64,000 bases of DNA from contig CAWBOS010000015.1 in NCBI GenBank assembly GCA_963790475.1, forward strand, positions 128,001 through 192,000, written 5' to 3'. The translations under genes and the position numbers were made by a program. The DNA is from an uncultured delta proteobacterium. Its GTDB lineage: Bacteria > Desulfobacterota > RBG-13-43-22. Under the pieces are notes generated by a model. The model made no database searches, was not told the DNA's origin, and worked only from the letters and a program-made list of their open reading frames with translations. Positions 1 to 9,137 of this stretch are shown here, piece by piece (position 1 is the first letter of the stretch; every line of letters starts with the position of its first letter).

Positions 1-441
1 GGCAATACCCTGGAGTGATCCGGAAAAACTCCCCTGCCCTCTGATCGAATCATGAATTTCTTCCGGCCCTTCCAAACTGATTTGAACCCCTTCCATACCC
101 AAGTCGGCCAGTCTGGTCGCCCTTTCCCGACTGATTAATATTCCGTTGGACAGCAAATACCGCTCAAACCCTTTCCTACCCATAATCTCTAAAATCTCAA
201 AGAGATCCGTCCTTAATAAGGGTTCTCCGCCGGTTACATTAAAACTTGGAGTAAAAGAGATTTCGTAAGCCTCCGACCAAGCCTGAAGCATCTTCCCCAC
301 CTCTTCTATGCCTTGCCCGATTTCAGACAGGGACATCTCCCGGGAAAACGTCCCATCTTGATAGCAATGCCGGCAATTAAGATTACATCGCTCGGTCAGG
401 TGCCATTGGACAAAAAAATCAAAAGAAGCGTTTTTAATCAT
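1..441 (-). CDS. Radical SAM protein, probable SPASM-type peptide maturase (5' part only, runs off the window)
   Basis: Manual translation from ATG at 441: MIKNASFDFFVQWHLTERCNLNCRHCYQ... with CxxxCxxC, TGGEPLLR, LLSNG and QISLEG motifs. Absent from the ORF track because no stop lies in the window. Confidence 0.9.
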   Translation of the reverse strand, partial: MIKNASFDFFVQWHLTERCNLNCRHCYQDGTFSREMSLSEIGQGIEEVGKMLQAWSEAYEISFTPSFNVTGGEPLLRTDLFEILEIMGRKGFERYLLSNGILISRERATRLADLGMEGVQISLEGPEEIHDSIRGQGSFSGSLQGIA

Positions 442-510
442 GAAAAAAATGAATTTCTCTTTGGACCGTTTGGCTTTGATTCCTTCAGAATAGATTTTTA
501 CGGGGAGGAA

Positions 511-554
511 AAGGCGGATAAGCTTATTAGATCAAAAGCCTGCCCATCCGCCTT
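511..554. terminator. Stem-loop between the small peptide gene and the radical SAM gene
   Basis: AAGGCGGAT...ATCCGCCTT 9-bp inverted repeat with an inner AAGCTT/AGGCTT-type stem, flanked by short T runs. Confidence 0.55.
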
Positions 555-561
555 CTTTTTT

Positions 562-580
562 CGCTGCTATCCAAGCAACG
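562..580 (-). promoter_or_regulatory. Candidate bacterial SECIS hairpin
   Basis: Minus strand CGTTGCT-TGGAT-AGCAGCG: 7-bp stem with one G-U pair and a G-containing apical loop that starts 26 nt after the first in-frame TGA. Confidence 0.55.
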
Positions 581-704
581 TTCAGGATTTGCAACTCTCT
601 CACTTGTGGCATACCTGACCAGGATTTGTATTCAAGACCTTCTTCACTTTACCCCAATAGGCAGCCTCCTTGGCCATGACCTTAGGGTTCAGCTTATTGG
701 TCAT
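567..704 (-). CDS. Putative selenocysteine-containing radical SAM target peptide (45 aa if both TGA are read as Sec)
   Basis: MTNKLNPKVMAKEAAYWGKVKKVLNTNPGQVCHK(TGA)ESCKS(TGA)TLLG(TAG). TGA codons at 602-600 and 584-582. AGGAGG/GGGGGTG RBS and a sigma70-like promoter lie upstream. Confidence 0.7.
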
Positions 705-739
705 CCCGATCCACCCCCTCCTATCAATAGACTGAATCT

Positions 740-767
740 ATGATAGCACCTGGAGAAAGGATGTCAA
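740..767 (-). promoter_or_regulatory. Sigma70-like promoter of the peptide/rSAM unit
   Basis: Minus strand TTGACA (767-762), 16-nt spacer, TATCAT (745-740) preceded by TG-n (extended -10). Confidence 0.65.
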
Positions 768-787
768 AATCTTTTTTAGTCGCAATC

Positions 788-2411
788 TTATTTAATCCGG
801 ATAATCTTACCTTCCTGGGTGTTAATGAAATTCACTTTGGACCAAAGAGAAAAGAATACCTCCGGTCTGAACCGTGAAAGCGGTTTAAACCCTTCCCGGG
901 TGGCGGCGTAAAGACGGCCTTCCGCCAGCAGCTTTTCGAAAAGTTCAGCCCCGACTGCCGCTCTCTTGCCCTTGCTTCGGGCTATCTGTCAGGGCTTCTT
1001 CAAGGTCAATCGAATGGTCCTCGAAAGAGATACCCTTGAAAAAATTGATGATCCGCGTAGCAACAAAAAGGGTAAAGATATCTTCCCGCTTAACTCCATC
1101 GGTTTCCAGTCCCAGGGCGGTAAGCCGGGATTTAAAAATATCCTCTTCAGTCTGTTCCGGAAACTTTTGGGCAATGGGCGTGCGGGGAGTCAAATAAAAA
1201 GGCGAGGCCCCCAGGAGAACAGGAAGCCGGCTGTTCAGCCGCAGGGTCCTGATCATCGACGTCAGGGATTCTCCCGGTAATCCTAAAATCTGGTAGGAAA
1301 CGATCTTAAATCCCAAATGGGATGCCTCGGCTACCACTCGAAGATATTTTCCCATTCTTTGGGACCGGAGCGTTTCCTTCCGGACCACCGGATTGGAAGT
1401 CACCAGGGAAAGATTCAGATGGGTGAAACCGGCCTCCCTCATCATTCGCAATAATTCCTCATCCAGACTTTGATAGGAGATGCCGTTCATGGCCAGCAAT
1501 TGAATTTCCCCGGGAGGAAAGCCTTGCCTGATTTTTCGGCAAAGGTTTTTCATCTCCTCCTGGTCATAGGTAAGGTTGTCGTCTTCAAAATCAAAGACCC
1601 GGTAGCCTTCCCGATACCGACGTTCCATTTCTTCGAATACGTCTTGGGCGGATCTTCTTTGATAGCCGGGGAAGGTGCTGTGAACCGAACAAAATGAGCA
1701 ATGATGGGGACAACCTCGGGAGGTGAGAATAAAACACAAGGGCCGGTTTTCATATCGATAGGTCCGCCCATCCAAATCCGAAAAATCCGGCAGGGGGAGT
1801 TCTTCTATGGGGAAAGGATCGGCCTGAGGATTGAAAATCAGACGGCCTGCCTGCTTATATCCGAGGCCGGGAATCTGCTCCAATCCTTTGCCGCCTTGCC
1901 AGGCCCGGATCAATTCCACCAGGGGCCGCTCCCCCTCCCCCCGGATCACCCAATCCACTGCCGGGTCCTTAAGCATTATTTCAGGCGCAGCCGAAATATG
2001 GGATCCCCCGAGGACGATAGGGCAATGAGTTTTTTCTTTGATGGCCTTGGCCGCCTGCAGTACCTCCCGATAAAAAGGCGAGAAAAGCGAGGAGATCCCC
2101 ACCAGGTCAGGTTTTTCAAGGGCCGTTTCCCGGGCAATGGTTTCAAACGAAGCTCCGAAGTGATAGTAGTGATGGAAAAGGGAGAAAGGGCTTTGGTCCG
2201 GCCAGGGGTAGTATTCTTTCAGATAGGTCAACCCTTCAGGCAAAACAATGGTCCGTCTTCCCCGGCCCTGATGAAAATCCTTGAGGACTACCTCGACCTC
2301 AGGTAAGTGCTTTTTGACCGCCGCTTTCAAATAGGCCAGGCCTAAAGGCTGAAGCCTTACCTTGGTATCATAAAAATCCTGAATGGGAGGCTGGACAAGA
2401 ACTAGTTTCAT
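788..2411 (-). CDS. Cobalamin-binding radical SAM protein (frameshift near 990)
   Basis: PLGLAYL, GGSH, RGEGE and TSRGCPHHCSFC motifs. After about 990 a second frame continues IARSKGKRAAVGAELFEKLL...IIRIK to a TAA at 788. Confidence 0.85.
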
Positions 2412-2513
2412 GTTTAAAATTAATTCCGTTGGTCCTTTTGTGAGAACATACTATAATAGCGAGCAGAATTTCTAAATGATTTTTTTTCATCTTAACATTC
2501 CAGGAGGCTATTT

Positions 2514-3710
2514 ATGAACTACATCATTATCGGAAACGGGGTTGCCGGAACAACCGCAGCGGAAAACATCAGAAAGAACGACCCGCAGGGAGAGATCAAA
2601 ATCTTTACCGATGAGGCCTATCCCTTTTACAGCCGCATACGACTTATGGAATATCTGGCTGGAGAGGTGGAGCTTCCCAAACTGCAGATCCGCTCCAATT
2701 CCTGGTATGACAATCAAAAAATTGAGCTTTTTCTGAACAGCAAAGTGGTCGATATTGATGTCGCCAGTAAGGCCATCCAAACCCAGTCGGGGAAACGGCA
2801 CAGTTATGATAAACTTTTGTTGGCCGACGGCAGTCACTCCTTTGTACCGCCTATCAAAGGGGCGGAGAAAGAAGGGGTTTTCACCTTGCGCAACATCAAA
2901 GACGCTCAAGAGATCAAACGCTTTGCTGAGGGAAAAACTAAAGCCCTTTTGATCGGCGGTGGAATCCTGGGCCTGGAAGTGGGAAACAGTCTCCGGAAAA
3001 CCGGAATGAAGGTTTCTGTGGTTGAGTTTTTCCCCCGCCTGCTCCCCCGTCAAACCGATCCGCTATGTGCCACCCTGCTGCAAACCCGTCTGGAGCAGAT
3101 GGGTCTTCATTTTTATCTGGGGGTGTCTTCCAAAGAAATCCTCGGAGAAAATCGAGTCCAAGGACTACTACTGGAGGACGGCCGCCAAATAGAGACCGAT
3201 CTGATAATCATCTCCGCCGGGGTCAGGCCCAACCTGGAACTGGCCCAAAAATTAAACCTGAAAATTGGAAAGGGAATTTCGGTTTCGGATTACCTGGAAA
3301 CCGGGATCCCGGATATTTATGCCGCAGGAGACAGTATTGAACATAAGGGGATGCTTTACGGCATCTGGCCGGCCTCGGAAAAACAAGGGGAAGTGGCCGG
3401 TTCAAATATGGCCGGAAAACCGACCGTCTATGCCGGCACAACCCCCTCCAATCTGCTCAAAGTGGCCGGGATCGATTTGCTGGCCGCCGGTGATTTCGAT
3501 CCCGACGGCAAACTGGAAGCCTTTATCGATCAGAACCAGGAAACCGGGACTTACCGGAAGATGGTCATCAAAGAAAATCTTATTGTCGGTTGTTTGCTTT
3601 TCGGGACCCTGGAGGGAAGAAAAAATATATTAAAAGCCATGGAAGAAAAGCGGAACATTGCCGCCATCAAAGACCGCCTTTCAAGGTTTGATTTGGAAGC
3701 CTTGAATTAA
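2514..3710 (+). CDS. NAD(P)/FAD-dependent oxidoreductase (NADH:rubredoxin reductase / NirB-like)
   Basis: GNGVAG and GGGILG dinucleotide-binding motifs, YAAGD, CAGGAGG RBS. Confidence 0.88.
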   Translation: MNYIIIGNGVAGTTAAENIRKNDPQGEIKIFTDEAYPFYSRIRLMEYLAGEVELPKLQIRSNSWYDNQKIELFLNSKVVDIDVASKAIQTQSGKRHSYDKLLLADGSHSFVPPIKGAEKEGVFTLRNIKDAQEIKRFAEGKTKALLIGGGILGLEVGNSLRKTGMKVSVVEFFPRLLPRQTDPLCATLLQTRLEQMGLHFYLGVSSKEILGENRVQGLLLEDGRQIETDLIIISAGVRPNLELAQKLNLKIGKGISVSDYLETGIPDIYAAGDSIEHKGMLYGIWPASEKQGEVAGSNMAGKPTVYAGTTPSNLLKVAGIDLLAAGDFDPDGKLEAFIDQNQETGTYRKMVIKENLIVGCLLFGTLEGRKNILKAMEEKRNIAAIKDRLSRFDLEALN

Positions 3711-4054
3711 TATATCAAAATCAGTTATAGCTCAAATCTGAAGGCTCAGAGAAACCGCTTAGGCTTTGGGCTATGAAAGCCAGAAGTCGACTTTTGGGAC
3801 ATCAACAAATGAAAAAACGTATAGCTTCCTGAAATCGTGCAAATTGCTTTTTTGGAAAATCAGAGGAGTACAAATGGAATTCGTTTAAGGATCCCCTCCA
3901 AAATGAGGGTCTCAGCCCAATGAAAAACCTTCTATTTACTATTCTTAAAATCGTGCATAATCCATTCTATCCAATGGCTAGATCAGTAAGGTAATACGTC
4001 TTCTATCATCGCCACTTTACGCTTAAGGGAGGCAAGCAGATGGAGGAATTTAAG

Positions 4055-4089
4055 AAACCCCGTTTCTCAACCGAGAGGTGGGGTTTTTT
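4055..4089 (+). terminator. Rho-independent terminator or attenuator-like hairpin
   Basis: AAACCCCGTTTCTC-AACC-GAGAGGTGGGG followed by TTTTTT. Confidence 0.7.
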
Positions 4090-4222
4090 GTTTGCATGCG
4101 GTAAGGGTCAAATATTTGAAGCTAATACCTATAAAAAAGAGTAGTCATATCCAGTAAAACAAAATTGGGCAGTAACCTTAAGGTCATCTTTCTGTATATC
4201 ATGCAAAATAAGGAGGATTGAA

Positions 4223-4390
4223 ATGACAAAGAGCATGTTTGTCGTGCTTTACATTGTGGTGCTGATAGCCGTTGTCGTTAGTGTAGATTTACTCTTCTTT
4301 AAGAATCGATTCTGGGAACGGCTGATAGTGAACATCGGCATTGTCTTGGTGTTTGCAGCCTTCTATTTGAGATTCCTAAAGAACCCGTAA
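4223..4390 (+). CDS. Small two-TM membrane protein (55 aa), not in the ORF track
   Basis: AAGGAGG RBS. MTKSMFVVLYIVVLIAVVVSVDLLFFKNRFWERLIVNIGIVLVFAAFYLRFLKNP. Confidence 0.8.
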   Translation: MTKSMFVVLYIVVLIAVVVSVDLLFFKNRFWERLIVNIGIVLVFAAFYLRFLKNP

Positions 4391-4416
4391 GTTAAGCGTC
4401 GCGGCACCACCTGGTT

Positions 4417-4462
4417 GCCTAACTCCCACATCAAGTCCGACGGCTCATGTGCAACGTTAATA
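4417..4462 (+). mobile_element. Degenerate short attC-like site
   Basis: GCCTAAC-tcc-CACATcAAG-tccgacgg-CTCATGTG-caac-GTTAATA: RYYYAAC...GTTRR ends with an inner imperfect palindrome. Confidence 0.45.
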
Positions 4463-4517
4463 ACTTTCAACCCGTAATCATTCGCTTCCAATCAAGTTCC
4501 AAAACTAGAGTAGTAGG

Positions 4518-4580
4518 GTATGCCGTCTAAAACGTATGACTGGTCGGTTAAAGTCCGACGGTGGGAATTTGGTAGTGAAC
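4518..4580 (+). mobile_element. Possible degenerate group II intron 5' fragment
   Basis: GTATGCC (cf. GUGYG), then GTCGG-TTAAAGT-CCGAC-GGTGGG, resembling the start of domain I. No RT ORF or domain V seen. Confidence 0.3.
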
Positions 4581-4755
4581 TGGTATCACATCAGAAGGGG
4601 CACAGTTTTTTGAACAGTTCGAATAGTAATCAGTAAATTTCTGTATCCCCACCCTAAAAGATTTGTAGGTGTAATGCCAGCTTCAAACTTTTACGAACAC
4701 CTCTGAGAATGTTTGATTCCTCCGTATTTTGCTGGGAGGTAGTTGATTGGCAGGT

Positions 4756-4944
4756 CTATTTGAAATCGTCCTTCCCTTGATCGATCAACTTTTGCAGAAA
4801 ATTACGATCTTGAATATCCTTGGGGCGAATTCCTAATTTGGATTTAATGAGTAAGGAAGGTTACCTACTTGATCTGATGGGCATTCAGAGGTCTTCTATG
4901 GTTGGGATTCTCGAATACTGTTTAGGATCACCATTCCCATCCAT
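4756..4944 (-). pseudogene. Internally deleted nucleotidyltransferase-like gene
   Basis: N-terminal stub MDGNGDPKQYSRIPTIEDL* overlaps the upstream ORF. C-terminal stub LLIKSKLGIRPKDIQDRNFLQKL lies about 30 nt further on. The K...RPKD..D motif is typical of these C-termini. Confidence 0.55.
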
Positions 4945-5105
4945 TGGTCGGCCTCTTCAAAAGTTCTAAACTTATAAAGACCCCTTTTGCAGACCCCCAT
5001 TCCACCCCGTAATTGATGAACTGTTTTCAACCAGCGGTCGGCTTCTTCGGGAGAAGAATTCCAACCCTTCCTCTTTCCGATTCGTTTTTGGCTGAGTTTT
5101 TCCAT
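4896..5105 (-). CDS. Small protein with GLYKFRTFEEADQW motif (recalled as a nucleotidyltransferase partner)
   Basis: 69-aa ORF just downstream of cysS, overlapping the start of the nucleotidyltransferase remnant. Confidence 0.7.
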   Translation of the reverse strand: MEKLSQKRIGKRKGWNSSPEEADRWLKTVHQLRGGMGVCKRGLYKFRTFEEADQWMGMVILNSIRESQP

Positions 5106-5146
5106 CCTTGCCTATCGCCTCGTGCCTTTTGCCTATTGCCTGATTT

Positions 5147-6625
5147 TCATTCTTCGATCTGCCAGACCGTACCTCGGGGTGTGTCTTTTAGCAGAACCTT
5201 TATTTCGATCAGGCGGTCCCGGAGGATATCGGCTCTGGCCCAATCCTTTTCTTTACGGGCCCGGTTGCGTTCGGCAATAAGCTTCTCAATGGCCTCGGCT
5301 GACAAACCTTTCTTTTCCAAAAGCCTGGTTTGCTCCTTTTCTAAAAAGGCCTGAGGCGACAGGGTCAGGATACCCAGAATTTGGCCGTACTGTTTAAACA
5401 GACCGGCAGCCCGTTTAAATTGATCGGCAAGACCTTTTATTTCTTTGGGACGCACCGTATCCATGATCCGGTTGAGCTGTCTGGCCACTTCATACAGGTG
5501 CCCGATGGCCTGGGCGGTGTTAAAATCATCCTCCATGGCCTTTTGAAAATTATCCTCAAAACCACGAATCACGTCTTCGGTCTCCTGGATCCGTTGTTGA
5601 CTCAATGATTCATTTCCTTTGGTTTGAAGCCGTCCTTCCGGGTGTTCCAAGTCCCTCAGCAAGGTATAAAGACGGCGGAGCCCCATTTGGGCTTCCTGCA
5701 TGGCCTGGTCGGAATAATCCAGGGGAGAACGGTAATGGCGGGAAAGCAGCAGGAGCCGTATTCCTTCCGGATGGAATCGCCGGGTCATTTCCTGAATGGT
5801 CAAAAAGTTTCCCAGGGACTTGGACATCTTCTCACCCTGGATGGTCACAAACCCGTTGTGAACCCAATAGCGGGCCAGGGGTTTGGAGGAAACGGCCATG
5901 GACTGAGCCAGCTCATTTTCGTGGTGAGGGAAGATGAGATCCTTCCCGCCTCCGTGAATATCAAAAGTCTCTCCGAGATAACGGACACTCATAGCCGAGC
6001 ATTCAATGTGCCAGCCGGGTCGGCCCGGTCCCCAAGGGCTGTCCCAGACCGGTTCGCCCGGTTTTCCCCGCTTCCACAGGGCAAAGTCCATTGGATGTTT
6101 TTTGCGGGGATCCACCTCGATCCTGGCTCCGGCTTGCATCTCTTCCAAAGTCCGATTGGAAAGGGCCCCATAGGATGGAAATTTTTCCACGGCAAAAAAA
6201 ACATCGCCATCCACGGCATAGGCCACATCTTGATCGATGAGTTTCTGCACCAGGCCGATAATTTCCGGAATATGAAAGGTGGCCCTGGGCTCATAGTCCG
6301 GGGTGACAACTCCAAGGTCCTTCATGTCAACTTCAAATTCTTGAATGTACTTTTCGGCCAACATCTGCGGCTCCACACCTTCTTTTTGAGCCCGGGTGAT
6401 GATCTTATCGTCGATGTCGGTAAAGTTGCGCACATAGGTAACCTGAAAACCTTGGGAACGCAGGAATCGAACAATAACGTCAAAGACGATCATCGATCGG
6501 GCGTGCCCGATATGACAGCTGTCATAGACCGTAACCCCGCAGACATAGATGCCCACCTGTGGAGGATTGAGGGGAGTGAAAGTTTCTTTTTGTTTGGTTT
6601 GGGAGTTATAAATACGAAGAGACAT
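5147..6625 (-). CDS. cysS: Cysteine--tRNA ligase
   Basis: YVCGVTVYD, HIGH, GRPGWHIEC and KMSKS motifs. Confidence 0.99.
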   Translation of the reverse strand: MSLRIYNSQTKQKETFTPLNPPQVGIYVCGVTVYDSCHIGHARSMIVFDVIVRFLRSQGFQVTYVRNFTDIDDKIITRAQKEGVEPQMLAEKYIQEFEVDMKDLGVVTPDYEPRATFHIPEIIGLVQKLIDQDVAYAVDGDVFFAVEKFPSYGALSNRTLEEMQAGARIEVDPRKKHPMDFALWKRGKPGEPVWDSPWGPGRPGWHIECSAMSVRYLGETFDIHGGGKDLIFPHHENELAQSMAVSSKPLARYWVHNGFVTIQGEKMSKSLGNFLTIQEMTRRFHPEGIRLLLLSRHYRSPLDYSDQAMQEAQMGLRRLYTLLRDLEHPEGRLQTKGNESLSQQRIQETEDVIRGFEDNFQKAMEDDFNTAQAIGHLYEVARQLNRIMDTVRPKEIKGLADQFKRAAGLFKQYGQILGILTLSPQAFLEKEQTRLLEKKGLSAEAIEKLIAERNRARKEKDWARADILRDRLIEIKVLLKDTPRGTVWQIEE

Positions 6626-6706
6626 TTTAAAAAGCTCAAAAGAAAAATCCGAAACTCAAATTTCGATTTTGTTTCCTTTCCTTTCTATCCATTAACCTGG
6701 TCCTTC

Positions 6707-7195
6707 TTACTCTTCTTTGACCAACAATGCCACGGCATAAGCCGCGATCCCTTCCTGGCGTCCTGCAAAACCCAGTCCTTCTGTTGTCGTGGCTTTTATA
6801 CTGATTTGATCAACAGAAACCTGCAATACCGGAGCCAAAGCGGCCTGCATTTTTTCTCTATAGGGAGCCAGTTTAGGCTCCTGGGCTACAATCGTGGCAT
6901 CCACGTTTCCGATTTTATATCCCTTTTGCTGGATTAAAAAAAAGATTCTTTCCAGAAGCCGCAAGCTGGAGATCCCTTTATATTGGGGATCCGAATCCGG
7001 GAAAAGACGGCCCAAGTCCCCAAGACCCGCCGCTCCCAAAAGGGCATCCCCCAGGGCATGGCTTAAAACATCGGCATCCGAGTGTCCAGCCAGGCCCTGT
7101 GGAAAGGGAATCTCAACCCCACCTAAAATCAAGGGTCTTCCCGTAGTTAACCGATGGACATCATAGCCCACCCCCATACGGAAAGCGAGACTCAT
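6707..7195 (-). CDS. ispF: 2-C-methyl-D-erythritol 2,4-cyclodiphosphate synthase
   Basis: GYDVH, GHSDADV and KATTTEGLG motifs. Confidence 0.98.
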   Translation of the reverse strand: MSLAFRMGVGYDVHRLTTGRPLILGGVEIPFPQGLAGHSDADVLSHALGDALLGAAGLGDLGRLFPDSDPQYKGISSLRLLERIFFLIQQKGYKIGNVDATIVAQEPKLAPYREKMQAALAPVLQVSVDQISIKATTTEGLGFAGRQEGIAAYAVALLVKEE

Positions 7196-7889
7196 TTCCC
7201 TTTTTTCTCCCTGGGGAAAAGGGCCTCAGCCAAAACCAGATCCTCGGGAGTGGTAATCTTGATATTGGAATAATCGCCCATGATCAAGGTAATCGGGTGT
7301 CCGATCCTTTCCACCAGTGAGGCGTCGTCCGTACCCAGGATATCGTCTTGATGGGCCTTTTGATAGGCATTCATCAACAGAGGGATATTGAAAGGTTTGA
7401 GGAGTCTGGGCCAGCCAGATTTCCTCCCGGGGCAGGGTTTGGACTTTTTTCCCGGCAACCGTTCTTTTGACCGTATCACGGGCCAAAACAGCTACCACGG
7501 CTGCTCCGTTTTTCTTGGCCGCTTCGATGCTTTGGGCAATCAGCCGGCGGCTGATAAGGGGACGGACCCCGTCATGAACAACAACGATTGAACATCCGCT
7601 TCGAATGGCTTTAAGCCCATTCCAAACCGAATATTGGCGTATCTTCCCACCCCTGACCACCTTAAGGACTTTTTTAAATTGATACTTTTCAACAATCTCC
7701 CTTTGAACCATATCCATCTGATCCTGGGGGACAATGACATATATTCCGTCAATAGCGGATACATTCTTCAAAAACCTGGAGTGTTTGAGCCAAAATGGGT
7801 TTGCCCCCCAAAGAAAGGTATTGTTTGGGGATCGCAGATTGCATGCGTTGGCCTTTTCCGGCCGCAGTGATCAGCGCAATAGTTTTCAT
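7192..7889 (-). CDS. ispD: 2-C-methyl-D-erythritol 4-phosphate cytidylyltransferase (two frameshifts)
   Basis: [21 protein letters not shown] from ATG 7889, VHDGVRP and QTPQTF in a second frame, TDDASLVE and KITTPEDL in a third. Shifts near 7760 and 7385. Confidence 0.93.
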
Positions 7890-8001
7890 GTTTTTTTTGA
7901 AGCAAGTCCGGTAAGAAGTCTCAAGTTTCTGGTGTCAAGAAAAGCCTTGGGATCCTTTTATTAAAGTTCCTTCGTTACTGGTCTCTGGTCACTTAAAAAA
8001 A

Positions 8002-8370
<369 letters not shown>

Positions 8371-8465
8371 CTGAATTGTTAAAAGTGAAAGGTGACTTGT
8401 GACACGGAAAACATAAACCCAAGTCGCTCTTCTTGTCACTTGTCACTCTTCACTGTTTGTTGTCG

Positions 8466-9014
8466 TTACTGGTCACTTTTTTTAATAGCTTCATTAGCCA
8501 TCCGGTCCGCTTCCCGGTTTTGCTCTCTCGGAATGTGTATTATAGCATACTTCGAAAATTTCAGCAAAAGATCTTGAACTTGATGAAAAAAGACAGCCAA
8601 TCTTGGATTCTTGACCCGGTAAAGCCCGTTTAATTGCCGAACCAGAAGCTCCGAATCCATCTTAATCCTTATCTCCTGAACCCCACGGGACAAAGCCCTT
8701 TGAAGTCCCAGGATCAAGGCCAGATATTCGGCCTCATTATTGGTGGCCTGGCCTAAAAATTTACACTCCTTCACCGATGTGGTCTCTTGATCGTTCATCA
8801 ACACCCACCCGGCCCCGGCCGGTCCCGGATTTCCTTTAGAGGCCCCGTCAGTAAAAAGCTGCCAGGGGGTTCGACTGATTTTGTCCTTTTGGATCGGCAA
8901 AATTTGCTCCTTTGGTGTCAGTTCAATTTTAGGAAAAATTTTTTGTTCGAAAGGATTAAAATAGGAGTTAAGGGTTGTTTTACACCGCTCTTGGAGAATC
9001 CTGGGCAGTCTCAA
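8466..9014 (-). CDS. rnhA: Ribonuclease HI family protein (start uncertain)
   Basis: FTDGASKGNPG, TNNEAEY, DSELLV and NREADRMAN motifs. Confidence 0.9.
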   Translation of the reverse strand: MRLPRILQERCKTTLNSYFNPFEQKIFPKIELTPKEQILPIQKDKISRTPWQLFTDGASKGNPGPAGAGWVLMNDQETTSVKECKFLGQATNNEAEYLALILGLQRALSRGVQEIRIKMDSELLVRQLNGLYRVKNPRLAVFFHQVQDLLLKFSKYAIIHIPREQNREADRMANEAIKKSDQ

Positions 9015-9137
9015 TCTGCCTCCGGAGGAGACCTAAGCTTCCATCCGGAGAACGGTTGGGATTTTGTCTCTCTTTGGAAAAGAGATTAAAGCAATTCGGA
9101 AACTCCGTCTGATAAAAGGGTCTCCTACAGGAAATCA

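Noticed and set aside
313-618. 101-aa plus-strand ORF
   Set aside because: Antisense shadow of the radical SAM start and the peptide gene. No RBS or motifs.
5624-6937. 437-aa plus-strand ORF
   Set aside because: Antisense to cysS/ispF with no recognisable motifs.
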